Below, in pieces: positions 26,786 to 39,450 of a DNA stretch of 64,000 bases; position 1 is the first letter of the stretch; each line of letters opens with the position of its first letter. Position numbers and translations under genes: made by a program. The notes under the pieces were generated by a model that made no database searches, was not told where the DNA came from, and worked only from the letters and a program-made list of their open reading frames with translations. Source of the stretch: the human T2T-CHM13v2.0 reference genome, Homo sapiens; NCBI RefSeq assembly GCF_009914755.1, contig NC_060931.1; one strand, 5' to 3'.

Positions 26786-27126
26786 GCTATGGACAGAATG
26801 TTTGTGCCCCAAACTCCTGCTCTGAAATCCTCACTCCTAAGGTGTTGGTGTTTGGAGCGGGGCCTTGGGGAAGCGATGAGGTGAAGCCCCGTGGATGGGT
26901 TAGTGCCCTTACAAAAGAGGGCTCCAAGAGCTTCCTCACCCCTGTCCCATGTAAGGACACAGCCAGAAGGCACCATATATGACCCAGGAAGCCCTCAGCA
27001 GACGCTGAACCTGCCGCCGCCTGGTGTCCACTTCCAGCCTCTGGAGCTGTGAGGGATGAATTTCGGCCGCTTATGAGCTGCCTGGTGCAGAGTTTTCTGT
27101 TCCAGCAGCCGGGAGGGACTAAGACG
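26786..27126 (+). mobile_element. MaLR solo LTR (MLT1A-like)
   Basis: gctatggacagaatgtttgtgcccc...ttagtgcccttacaaaagag...cttccagcctctggagctgtgag...gactaagac. Confidence 0.8.
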
Positions 27127-29889
27127 AGGTCCCACAAACTCCATGTGGAGATGGCCCCATTGGGGGCTGTGTGGCCACTCCGGGCCCAGAACACACCCCC
27201 TGCCTGGCCCCCGGCTTCCGTCTGGGACCCTCCTCGACCTCTCATCCTTGTGTCTAGGGGGACCAACCCTGCTCCATCTCAGGTGGGCACCTTCACAGAT
27301 CCGGCCTACGAGAGGACCAGTGATGGCCGACAGTGAGCAGGAGGCCCTGGGGACCCACACACACTGCCCAGGCTGTCCTCAAGAAACACTGGGAGAGCTG
27401 CACATCTTTAAGCCTGGCAGGGGTGAAGGAGGTCACACCTCTTTACACGTGGAATGTGGGTGCCTCCCTGCAGCAGAAACCATCCCAGAGGGCAGCAGGA
27501 CAGAGAGGGAGGCAGGTGCAACCGTGGCTGAGCGTCCAAGTCCCTGGATCAGACCAGACCTGAAGCCGCATGTTCCCCCAGACTTCGCAGCCCTGTGACC
27601 CATGCGTTCTCGCTGAGATGGAGGGAGTTTCCTTCACTTGCAGCCCAGAGAGACCCAGCATCGGGAGCCGCCCACCCCTGCCCATCCCGCCCTGCAGGAT
27701 GCCCCTCAACCTCCTCCTGGCATGCACGGTGGCCAGTGACGCCATGCCCACACTCCACCCCCCAGAGAACACACTTCCTTTCTCACTGTCTACACCGCCC
27801 TTAGGATCAGGCATGTGGAGGGCCCTGGGGAAGGAGCCCAAGAATGTGCTCTGCCCTACCCGGACCCATGGGACTCAGGCTGAACTCTCTCCAGCACAGC
27901 TGCAAGACCCTGAGTTCTAGGAGAAGCAGCCCAGACCTGCAGCCCCATGGGCAGCCGGCACTGGACATCCTACCCCAGGGGCCTCAGAAGGAGGGAGCTG
28001 GGCTGGGGTGGGCACATGGGCTGGAGACACCAAGGCCTCTGCCCCACTGAGGCTCTGCTCCAGCCAGGAGTCACCCCAGGAAGTGGAGGTCAGCCTTCTC
28101 CCTCCTACCTCCTTCCTGGTGGGCTCATGGGCTCGGGGCTGGGAGGGGAGAAGGGGGGCCTGGGAGGAGGCAAGGTGTCTGTGCCAGAGACTGGTCTTTG
28201 CACCGAGGCTGCTGACAGGTGGTGTCAGGGAACCTGGGTGCACGTCAGCACCTGCTGTCAGCAGAAGGCAATCCTGCTGAGGGCGTTCAGCTGCCAGGTG
28301 GGCAGGGCCCATCTGTCTCTGCGTGGACCCCGTGTATCTGGATGCTGCTCCTTGACTTTGAGGGAGGGGGTCAGGGATGGGGAACACCCTTGGGGCTTGG
28401 AAGCAGCCCCCCCAACACACATCAGGCCTCCCGCCTGGTGGAAAATATCCCCACAGTGGGTGCATCCGGTTGGCGGGGAGTTTGGCAGGGCAGGCCCCAG
28501 GGGACGTCCCTCAGGGCACGTGAGCCAGCCTGACCCCAGGGCAATGGACGGGAACCTGCCCACTGGGAAACTGAGGCCCTGCAAGGATAGGCACCCTGGC
28601 CAGCGAGGCCATCCATGGGATGGGAGCGGCCCCTTGGAGCTTCCCCTGCCCCGTGACTCAGCGTGCCCTGGCACAGAGCCCCCAGCCCGGTCCCCGCTCC
28701 CCAGGGGCGGCCGCTGCTTTCTTCTCGGCCCTGGCTCGGTTCACAAACCCCTTTCACTGTGTGCCCAGCCCTGGCCAACAAGGGCTTATTCAGCACCGGC
28801 CTGTGTCCCGTTGCTGGGGAGGGCAGGGCCGGAGCGGGAAGAACATTTGTGTAACGTGGAAGGCATGCTTCTCTCAAAGGGTGGGAGCAGGCGATTCCCA
28901 GAGAAGGACACGCAGGGAGGCCGTCCGTCGGTGACCAGACGCCTGACCTCATACACCGGCAATGATGCACATGTCAGACCCAGCTTGTAGCCGCTCAGCC
29001 CACCCGACAGACAGCACCAGTGCCCAGTGGCAGCCAGCCCCATGCAGATGAAAGAAAAAGGCACAGCCCAGGGCGGATGCTTCTGAGGTGCAGGTGCCTG
29101 TCTGTCATCGGGCAGGAGCCCGCAGGTGGACAGCATGGGGCCCGCACACCTGGGGACCGGGCGAGGGGTGTGGAGCGCCGTGGGGCACCCTGCAGCAGAG
29201 GACACGGCATCGGGTACATCTGCGTGTGGACAGCAGGACATCAAGAGTCGAAAAGGTGCGATTAACAAGTTGCAGAACAGAACGGCTGTGAACCCATTTT
29301 ATCTAAACGTGGTGTGTGCGTGTGTGTGTTCGAGGGTGTGCGTGTGTGTGCCTGTGTGTGTGTGTGCGTGTGCGATAGTGTGAACTGAAAAGCCACTGGG
29401 CCTCTGGTCAAGGCAGACGGGGCCACTCCCCCCCCAAGCCTGCTCGGGAACTAAGCCCAGGGATGCATTCCCACGCCCAGGGCTTGTTCTAAATGCTCCG
29501 CGGGAGGGAGGTCGGTCCCTGGAGGCAGAGATTGTCCTGCTGCTGCTCATGTGAGGACACGGGGAGGGGCTGGGCCCCCAGACCAGGTGGGGAGGGCCCC
29601 TCACGGGGCCGGAGTTTGGCCACCTGCCTCTGTACCTGTGTAGCCGAGGAAGGCCCTTGCTGGGCCCGCTGAGGAGGAGACAAACTCTAGAGGGTGGCGA
29701 CCCGATTTGCAAATGGCCCTGAGCCATCTGATGAATGACTGGCCCTTCGTGGGCCGTCCAGCCGATGGGTTTGGGGCTCAGAAGCCACACTGAGCTGCCC
29801 CAGGAACAAGCACGGCTCCTGTAGGGGTGGAGAAGGCAGAAGGAGGGGCACCTCAGTTCCAGGCTTGGAAATATAAGAGGTGTATGGAC

Positions 29890-30022
29890 CCACCCTCTCC
29901 TCCCCTCCCCTCCCTTCCCCTCCCCTCCACCCTCCCCTCCCCTCCACCCTCCCCTCCCCTCCACCCTCCCCTCCCCTCCAACCTCCCCTCCCCTCCAACC
30001 TCCCCTCCCCTCCACCCTCCAC
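29890..30022. repeat. (CCCCT/CCACCCT)n C-rich tract
   Basis: Direct inspection. Confidence 0.9.
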
Positions 30023-30107
30023 CAACACTCGCTGTCCTGCACCCGTCCTGTTTCCACAGCAAGTCCACACACGAAGGCCGGGCACTCACTCTGGGCCAGG
30101 ACTTGTG

Positions 30108-30272
30108 CTGGGTGCAGGCGGCACAGCAGAGTTGATGCTGCCCTGGCCTCAGAGACTCTCCCTGAGTGCAGGCGGCACAACCCAGTCGAGGCTGCCCTGT
30201 CCTCAGAGACTCCCCTGGGTGCAGGTGGCATAGCTGAGTCGATGCCGCCCTGTCCTCAGGGACTCTCCCTGG
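30108..30272. repeat. About 54-bp degenerate tandem repeat, 3 copies
   Basis: ctg(g/a)gtgcagg(c/t)ggca...gccctg(g/t)cctcag(a/g)gactc x3. Confidence 0.85.
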
Positions 30273-30302
30273 GGGATAAGGCAGTGCCTCCCTGCCACTC
30301 CC

Positions 30303-30495
30303 CGTGCTGTGCTGGCAAACGTCTAACAATCAGCAACCCAGGAAGACCCTGACTCGCAGCGACTGCCAATTTCCGTGGTGTAAACGCTGCTGCCACAGCC
30401 ATATTCATGCAGCCCCTGTGATGTCACTGAACATGGCACTGGCAGAAGAGAGCATGGTGGCTCCCAGGAGCTGGCGAGAGGCAGTTCCACTCCCC
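30303..30495 (-). mobile_element. MER63-like hAT DNA transposon fossil
   Basis: tgccaatttccgtggtgtaaa...gtgatgtcactgaac matches antisense MER63. Confidence 0.65.
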
Positions 30496-30929
30496 ACCAC
30501 CCACTCCCATTGCTTTCTGATTCTCCTAATGGGGGAAACTTACACCATGACCCGCCCAGAGTAATAAGAGAACACTCCATCCCTGACTGTATTTGGAGCT
30601 TCTTCAGCACTTTATTGCGAAGCCCGGCACCTCTGCCTGGATTCTACGATCAACACTGGCTCATTTCTTCACCATAGACCCAGTCACCTCTCCGTCCCCC
30701 CACCCCTCCGTCAACCCATCTTATTTTATTGGATGCATTTCACAGGAAGTTGTAGACAACAGTATATTTCAATACAAATATTTCAGAAGTATTAACTAGA
30801 ATCCAATATCTGTCAACAGTTCTCTTGTTTTAGGTAAAATTTACAGTGGAATTCACAGATCTTAACAGTTCCGTGAGATGAGTTCTGAGACGTGCACACA
30901 CCTGCGTCTCCCAAACCCTCACCGGGAAT

Positions 30930-31556
30930 ATTGTCAGCCCCTGTGGAGCACAGTAAAGAGATTTATCAAAGAACTGAAAACAGAACTCATCCAGCAATCC
31001 CACTGCCCCAGTAAAGAGATTTATCAAAGAACTGAAAACAGAACTCATCCAGCAATCCCACTGCCGGGCAGCTACTCGAAGGAAATGATTACATCAAAAA
31101 GACACCTGCACGTGCACGTCCATCACAGCACCGTTCACAACAGCAAAGACACGGAATCAGCCTAGGGCTCCACCAACAGACGGCTGGAGAAAGAGAATGT
31201 GGTGCATATACACGATGGAGTACTATTCAGCCATGAAAAAGTGTACAATTGTGCCCTTTGCAGGAACGTGGATGGAACGGGAGAACATAGTGCTGAGTCA
31301 AACAGTTCAGAAACAGAAGGACAAAGAGCACGTGTCCTCACTTACAGGTGGGAGCTAAATGATGTGTGCACGTGGACACAGAGTGGGGAACACTCACCCG
31401 TGGATGCTCAGGAGGGTGGGGCGAGGGATGAGAAAGTTCCCGGTGCGTTTGATGTACGCTCTCTGGTGATGGCTACACTGACAGCCCCGACTTCACCACT
31501 ACACAGTGTTTCCATGTAACTGCACTTGTACCCCTTATATTTACAAATAAAAAATA
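30930..31556 (+). mobile_element. L1PB4-like 3' end
   Basis: ctcacttacaggtgggagctaaa...gacttcaccactacac...tgcacttgtaccccttatatttacaaataaaaaata; contains a 58-bp tandem duplication. Confidence 0.8.
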
Positions 31557-31870
31557 GGCCAGGCACAGGTGGCTCACGCCTGTAATCCCAACACTTCAAG
31601 AAGCCAAGACAGGAAGATGAGTTGAGCCTAGGAGTTCAAGACCGGCCTGGGCAACATAGCGAGACCTCATGTCTACAAAAAGTACAAGATTAGCCATGCG
31701 TGGTGGCACGTGCCTGTAGTCCCAGGTACTCGGGAGGCTAAGGTGGGAGGACGGCTTGAGCATGGGAAGTTGAGGCTGCAGTGAGCTGTGATCACCCCCC
31801 TGCACTGCAGCCTGGGCGACACAGCAAGGCCCTGTCTCAAAAATTAATTGATTTAATTAAATAATAATAA
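31557..31870 (+). mobile_element. AluJ inserted in the L1 tail
   Basis: J-type motifs ttgagcctaggagttcaagacc and gaggctgcagtgagctgtgatc. Confidence 0.9.
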
Positions 31871-31924
31871 CGATACAACCACTTTAAAAAGCCAAAAAAA
31901 AAAGACAATATGTCATCAACCTAG

Positions 31925-32305
31925 ACATGGTCCGATATGGTAGCTATTTATGTTTACACTTAAATTCATTAAAATTAAATAAAATTTAAAAGCCGGCTCC
32001 TCAACTGCACAGGCCACACTTCCTCAACTGTACGAGCCACATTTCAAGGGCTCAGCAGCCACACGTGACCAGTGACCACCACGTGGCTCACACAGACACG
32101 GGCATTCCCGCCACGTGTGACCAGTGACCACCGCGTGGCTCACACAGACACAAGGATTCCCGTCTCCACATGTGACCAGTGACCCACCGCGTGGCTCACA
32201 CAGACACGGGCATTCCCGTCTCCACATGTGACCAGTGACCACCACGTGGCTCACACAGACACGGGCATTCCCATCACCACAGACACTCCCACTGGACAGG
32301 CTGCC
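31925..32305 (-). mobile_element. MER3-like hAT-Charlie element with an internal 52-56-bp tandem expansion (4 copies, 32062-32275)
   Basis: attaaaattaaataaaatttaaaa...gccacatttcaagggctcagcagccacacgtg...cattcccatcaccacagacactcccactggacaggctg is collinear with antisense MER3. Confidence 0.75.
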
Positions 32306-33970
32306 CTAGGAAGTTCCCGCAGACCACACTTGGTGTTTAAAACTGGGCTTTCTTCCTCCCTGTTACCCAAAGCCTTTTTAAAAGGCTCTTGGTGGTGTGC
32401 TGAGCCCCCTGCAACCGGGCGGTTTCCCCGTGGCCTGTGGGTGAAGGTGGAGCTGAGGATGAACTCGTGGGTCCCAGGGGAAGACCATTCCCTTACTCCC
32501 TGGTGAGAGGCGCGGTGTCTGCAGGATCTACAAGGCCCCTCGCACGAGGGACATTTGGCTCATCCATTGGCAACATGGGCGGCAGGACCGGGGCGCTGAC
32601 AGCCAGTCGGCCGTGCGAGGACCCCTGCACGGGCGTCGCGAAACTTCCCAGCGGCTTCCCGACGCCATCATGCATTTTTCATGCAAGGCAAATGGTCTGC
32701 GCGCTACGTGGGCCCAATCCTGACACAGCAGCACGGGACCCCTGCAGTACTTCAACCCCATATAAATAAATCACAGGGTGCAGATTGCAAGCCGTCGGTT
32801 ATGCGTTCCAGGCAGCCCTGGAGAGCCGCCTTCTCGCAGGGAGGCTGCTGCCCCAGGAAGGAAGCACCTTCTATCCTCAGGCACGACGGGGCCCTGCTCT
32901 GCACTCCCTCCTGCACGTCTGTGTGGCCTCAGCCATGCTGCCTGGCTCCTCTGAGCACCTGGATCACGGAGAGGAGGCAGGAGGTAGCCGCTGCCTGTTG
33001 GCTCCCGTCACCCCTGGGGCAGAGTCCAAATTCCTCAATGAAACCCACTGAACCCTGCACAACCTGGGATCCGCTGAGCCCTGGGGCCTCCCCTCCTGCA
33101 CCCCCAACCCTCAGTCTGGACCCCTCGGAGACTCCCAGGCAGGGAGAGCTCACTCTTACCTCCTCCCGCCTTCACCGGCTGTGTTTCCACCGAGAACACG
33201 CCTGCACCGTCATGGACGGGGCCTAGAGCTCTGTGGAGGCCCAGGCACTACATGGGCATTTAAATACAGCCGACCCGGCCGATGCCCTAACGCAGGCAGG
33301 GCCCAGAGACCAAGAGAGGCCCATACACTGCACGTCCTGGCGTTAAATAACACCGCCCCGGCTGATGCCCCGTGGAACTCGCAGAGTAGCCTCCGTGCTC
33401 CCGCCGTGACAGACTTCACACCAGCCTGGACGTTCAGACTCAAGGTTAGAAATCTCAGCTTCCCGAGGACACACAGCCATGCCTCCTGCCTCCCTCCATC
33501 GCCTCCGGCTTCACTCTCACGGGAAGGGGGCTTCGGGATGCCGGGCCCGCACTCCGAGTGGCCATGCTGGGTCCGGGTCCTGCACAGAGCGCCCTTGGCT
33601 GCCCCCACACCAGGCCCAGCACCGCAGGCAGAGGACTTGGAAGAGGAAGACACGTGGTGCTCGTGGGACCTTTGGGGCAGGAGCCTCGGGAACCCCAGGG
33701 CCTTGAGGTACTCAGGATGGGATTGCGAAGGCAGCTCAGGCCTCAGCGGGGCTGGAGGGGAACTACAGGTCCCCTCTTGCCTGGGGCTGAGGGTGGTGCT
33801 GTCCTCGCCGGGGCCTTCACGGTCAGACCAAAGCCTCGGTCTTGTTGGGGTCTGGTGTGAATTGCAGCCGTCGCACAGGTGGTGTGCAGAGCCAGCTCCT
33901 AAGAGCTGAGCCTTCATGTCCTGGAATCGGGTGAGCTGGCCGTCATACACAGAACTATTAAAATTAAATC

Positions 33971-34390
33971 AGCCTGGCGTGGGGGCTCATGCTGTAACCC
34001 CAGCACGCCAGGAGTCCGAGGAGGGAGGATGGCTTGAGGACAGGAGTGAGAGACCAGCCTGGGCAACACAGCAAGATCTCATCTCTGCAGATAAAAAAAT
34101 AAATAGGCCGGGCGCGGTGGCTCACACCTGTAATCCCAGCACTTTGGGAGGCTGAGGCAGGCGGATCACGAGGTCAGGAGACAGACAATCCTGGCTAACA
34201 CGGTGAAAACCCGTCTCAACTAAAAATACAAAAAAGTTAGCCAAATGTGGTGGCAGGCGCCCGTAGTCCCAGCTACTTGGGAGGCTGAGGCAGGAGAATG
34301 GCGTGAGCCCGGGAGGCGGAGCTTTCAGTGAGCCGAGATCGCGCGGCTACACTCCAGCCTGGGTGACAGAGCGAGACTCTGTCTCAGAAA

Positions 34391-34429
<39 letters not shown>

Positions 34430-34581
34430 GCTGGATGTGGTGGCGTGTACCTGCGGTCCCAGCTCCTCGGGAGGCTGAGACAGGAGGATCACTTGAGCCC
34501 AGGAGGTTGAGGCTGCAGTGAGCTGTGGTTGCGCCACTGCCCTCCAGCCTGAGTGATGGAGCAAAACCATATCTCAAAAAC
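33971..34581 (+). mobile_element. AluJ split at its linker by a younger Alu
   Basis: Left arm 33971-34105, right arm 34430-34581; outer TSD aaattaaatc(a) at 33961 and 34582. Confidence 0.88.
34106..34429 (+). mobile_element. AluY with (AAAT)n tail, nested
   Basis: ggatcacgaggtcagg, atcctggctaacacggtgaaa and gagaatggcgtgag are Y-diagnostic motifs. Confidence 0.92.
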
Positions 34582-36210
34582 AAATTAAATCATAAGAACT
34601 TACAAATAAAGAAGTCACTAAAAACAGAAGCGCTGAACACAGCACGCGCCACTGCCTCTCACGCTGCGGCCCTGTGCGCTCCTCCAGGATCCAGAGGTTG
34701 GTCGTGGGTCGTGTCTGTCTGAGGTCGGGTCACGTGGGTGTCACCGCAGGGTGCCCGCCCCTGCCTGCAGCATGTCCCCTTGGCAGCTCGAAGCCAGCCC
34801 CGGTGGGAGCATTTGCACCACAGGTATTGGCAGACACTCCCCATCTGGGCTCTTTCTTCCTCGGAGCCGGTGGTCACGGTCAGCAGCCCACCCCGAGCCG
34901 CGGAGGTCACAGCAATGTCAGCCTGACTGCGTTCCCCCATTCCAGGCTGCCCTCCGTGGAGACGGAGATGCTCCTCGCTGAAAAGCGCTGCTGGGGTGGA
35001 GGAAATACCCGCTCTTAGGAAACCCACTCAGCCAGCAGCGGGGAAAAGCTGAGCTTCTTTTCTGTAGGATGTTTTCTTTTTAAAGTTCTTATCTGAAAGC
35101 AAAGAAGAGGCTGGATATGGGCTGTCCGAGGGCTTCAGCTTGCCTGGGTCCTGGGGGCCTCTGGGCTCTGTACCTCCGACCCTCTGCTCCCTGTGGCCTC
35201 CCACCTTGGACCGAAAAGGCCACGGTCAGCAAATGCCCCAACCAAGGGAAGAGGAGGTGGGGCCGGGCAGCTGCTGTGAGGTTGGGCGAGGCCTTGTGGC
35301 CACAATGGATGTTCCCCTCCAGCCTAGAGCTGGCCGCAGAGTGCTGCCGAGAAGGCCGGCCCCATGGCTGGGGCTGTGGGGGGCAGGGGCTGGAACAAAG
35401 GAGCAGCTGGGCTGGACAGCCTTGGCCCTGTCCCCAGAGGCTTCCAGACACATCTCTGGCCCTGAGCTCGAGTGCCTTGTGGCCTTCCAGGGAGGCCGGC
35501 ACCCGCTTCCCCAGACTGGGCAGCCTCGCCTGGTCCCGTGGTCCTGGGGAAAGAAAAGCCTGGGCCGGGGACAGGGAGAGAGCTGCGGAGTTGAAAAGGG
35601 ATGCAGGCCCCTGGGAGCAGCTGTGGGGCGGAGGCGGGGGGTGGGGGCCATGGCCAGCACTCGGTGGGCTGGGAGAAGTTTCAGGGCTCTGGGTTCTGGG
35701 TTCAGGGCTGGAAGATGGATGGAGGGACCAGCATTGGCTTGAGAGCAAGGCTCCGCCGTCCTGGGGCTGGGCTGCTGTGAGCCCTCAGGCCATGCGTCTG
35801 GGAAGCTGGAGGTGGGGGTGTCCGAGGGACAGGGGACAGTGGGCTGGGCCTGCACCAGGAGACTGGCCGGGGCAGCCATCATAGGCAGGTGTGTGTGGGT
35901 GGCGGTGAGGCTCAGCCTCGGGACACAGGAGGCCACACATGAGCTGTGACCTGCACTGGCACCCAGACCAAGCTGCCCTGGAGCTGTGGGTCCTCCCAGA
36001 CAGGCACGAAGGCCCAAGACCATCTTCCTCCTGCGTTTCCCAGAGCTCCTCCCACCCAGGGCCCGGGGAGTTCTTGGGGCTGGGAAGCATCATCCGTTCT
36101 GCAGGGCAGGGGCTGAGCACAGACTGCTGGGCTTGCAAAGGGAGTGAGCGCCAGCTGCCCCTACAGGCCACGGGGTGGCCGTTGCCCTTCAGGGGCTCCA
36201 TGAACAAGTT

Positions 36211-36305
36211 TCCTCAGACGTGATGAGCTCCCTGTCACGGGAGGTAAGCAAGAGGGGTCCTCGGACGTGATGAGCTCCCTGTCACGGGAGGTAAGCAAGA
36301 GGGGG
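36211..36305. repeat. 47-bp near-perfect tandem duplication, probably in an L3/CR1 remnant
   Basis: tcctc(a/g)gacgtgatgagctccctgtcacgggaggtaagcaagagggg x2. Confidence 0.85.
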
Positions 36306-36324
36306 GGTACTCAGCCCTCTGTGG

Positions 36325-36795
36325 TGTTTGCTGGCCAATCTTCAATTTTCCCTTCCAGCTAAGACTCTGATTTTCCTTTGGGAAAGTGCTCCATCTCAGT
36401 CAGTGTGGCTGGGGGCTCCCCCACCCTAGGCCCCCAGTGGGCCCTCCACCCAGGGCTGGCCCAGACCCCGGTGATTGTCCCAGAGGTGAGCAGGGACCCA
36501 GGCCGAGTCACTCAGACTCTGGGACTGGGACACTCAGAGGCCCCTCCCTGCAGGGCCACCAGAGTGTGGGGAACCTGCCTGGGAATGCAGCCCAGGTGGA
36601 GAAAAGCAGAGCCAGAAGTGGGAGAGTCCACGCCCTGATCGTGCTGTTGGAGCACCTGAATCCAGCCGTGCCTGAAGCCCACCACCCCGCACTTTCTGGT
36701 AGGAGCCAGAAATATCCACCTTGTAAATACCCACCTTGACCTCAATCAGTCTGAGCAGGTTTCTGTCACTCGGACCTGAAGAGTCCTTGCTAACG
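36325..36795 (+). mobile_element. Old MaLR LTR (MLT1K/L-like), degenerate
   Basis: gagcacctgaatccagccgtgcctgaagcc...gtttctgtcactcggacctgaagagtcct. A similar fossil lies at about 27300-27660. Confidence 0.5.
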
Positions 36796-37574
36796 CCCTC
36801 TGCTAGGATGCAGCCCGCCCGGTCTGTCTGTGGCTCTGCCAGCTTCCCGAGCGCCTCTGCAGCTGTGCCTGATGACAGCCTCCTGGGGTTGCCATCTCTC
36901 CCTGCCCCTTTGCCCCCCTTATCTTGCATCTTGGGGCGAAGCCTCCTCCCTTCCCTCCCAGAGTCTTCAGGCCCTCCGGAGCCCCACCCAAGGCTGCAGT
37001 GCCCCCACCCTCGTTCCAAAGACACAAACTGAAGCAGCCACACGGGGAACCCAGAAGAAGGTCTCTGAGGCACAGCCTGTCGCCCCATAGAAGCCGACTC
37101 TTCCTCAGCCTGCCTTGCCAGCACAGGGCGAGGTGGGACATGGGGAGAGGACCCCACACAGACCCCATGTCAGATCCCCATTCCCCGCCCCCTGTCATTT
37201 CCAGCTGTGTGACCCCAGGCAAGCCACGTCACCACTCCAAGCCTCTCAGGTTAAAGATGGGGCCAGTAACTCCAGCCGCCTCCTCCTGGAAGTGTGGAGA
37301 ACACGCCCGCCCAGGCTGCCCGGCCACGGCTGCCCTGCTCCCAGGCAGCGGCACAGGGCTGGATCCCAGGGGTTCCTTGGGCCAGGGGTGGGGCTCAGCT
37401 GGATCCTGCAGTGCTGGGGCATCCACCTGACAACCGCTATCCTTCTCACCGACTCCATAAAACCCACCAAGAAAAGCCGTGCAGGACATCCCGGCACACA
37501 GCAGTTCACAGTTACTCAGATGCTGCTGCGTCCAGCTCAAGGAGTGAAGGAGGGGAAAGGAAAAAGGAAGGAAG

Positions 37575-38310
<736 letters not shown>

Positions 38311-38319
38311 CCTGTTATG

Positions 38320-39450
38320 CCCCTTACGATTATTATTGTATCTTTATGAGCTCAAGCTGCTGTCCCCTCCGAGTCTGGCACATGCTGGCTGGAGACCGGC
38401 AGCACCCGGATGGGGAAGAGCAGCCGTTTGGAGTCAGCATTGACAGAAAATCGAACACTGCTGCTCGAGGATTCAGAAGCGGCCCTTCTGAGCTCTGCTG
38501 TGCACGCCGCGGGCTCTGGAGAGATTGGCTGGGTCGTCCCCCACCTTCCTGGGGCAAGGGACCTGCCGAAGAGAGCCGGGGAAGAATGTCAACATTGTTA
38601 GGAAAACAAGCTTCAGACAGAAGCTCTGCATAGCGGCCACCCGGAGGGAGGTGGAATTTTGCAATGCGCCCCTCCCCGTGCAGGGCGAGTGGCCCCAGGG
38701 CACACGAAGGCCCTGGCTGCCGTGAGTTGATTTAAAGCTCGGCTGCCTATCTCTGGTGACAGGTTATTTGTGTAACCTACAGTTTTCTATGCACGTAGTA
38801 ATTTCCACCTCCCTCCATGTCACACAGAAGACACGTTTTTACCCTGAGTCGGAGCAGGAGAAGTGTCTAAACGAAAGTGACTTCACAAAGGGCTTGACTG
38901 ACAGGCGGGCGCGGGGAGAGCCGGGATAATGTCCGGGTTATCAAAGCAGACGCAGGTGGGCAGGTGAGAACGGGCATGCTCCCCAGCTCAGAAAGGCCCG
39001 TTCGGCTCGCAGGAGGTCCCAAAGCAGGAACTAACAGGCACAGGGATCGCTGGCCCCGTGCGTTTCCCTTTAAACACTGTCTAAGCTGTAACGAAGTCTG
39101 ATTACAGTTTAGCTGAGATGGAAACTGAGAGGAAGGAACTATAATATTCAGCAATTACAATCACCTTCCTCTTTGGACAATCCCATTTCACTCCTCGGCT
39201 TATGCCTGTTCCCCGTGGATCCTGACTACACACCCTAACCTCATGCTTGGCAGTTCGTAAACAAGATGCCGCTCTGTGGTGACGGCGTACGCGAAATGAG
39301 AAGCACGACTCTGGGGGCCAGAGAGGCCTGATCTCGGTAGCTCCCAGGCTTAGTCTCTGCGCTACCTGGGCCGAAAGAGCTGAATTCTGCGAAGCTCTGT
39401 GTCCTTGCCTGTAGAAGGGGGAAGAACGGAACTTACTTGGAAGACTTGTG
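38320..39450. promoter_or_regulatory. Candidate enhancer: repeat-free, CpG-retaining segment
   Basis: No recognisable repeat; frequent CpG; TGACTGACAG at 38895-38904, GATA cores, ATCAAAG at about 38940. Motif evidence only. Confidence 0.35.

Noticed and set aside
27947-28990. 347-aa ORF in non-repeat DNA
   Set aside because: G/P/R/W-rich composition typical of GC-rich non-coding DNA; overlapping ORFs in other frames; no recognisable domain.
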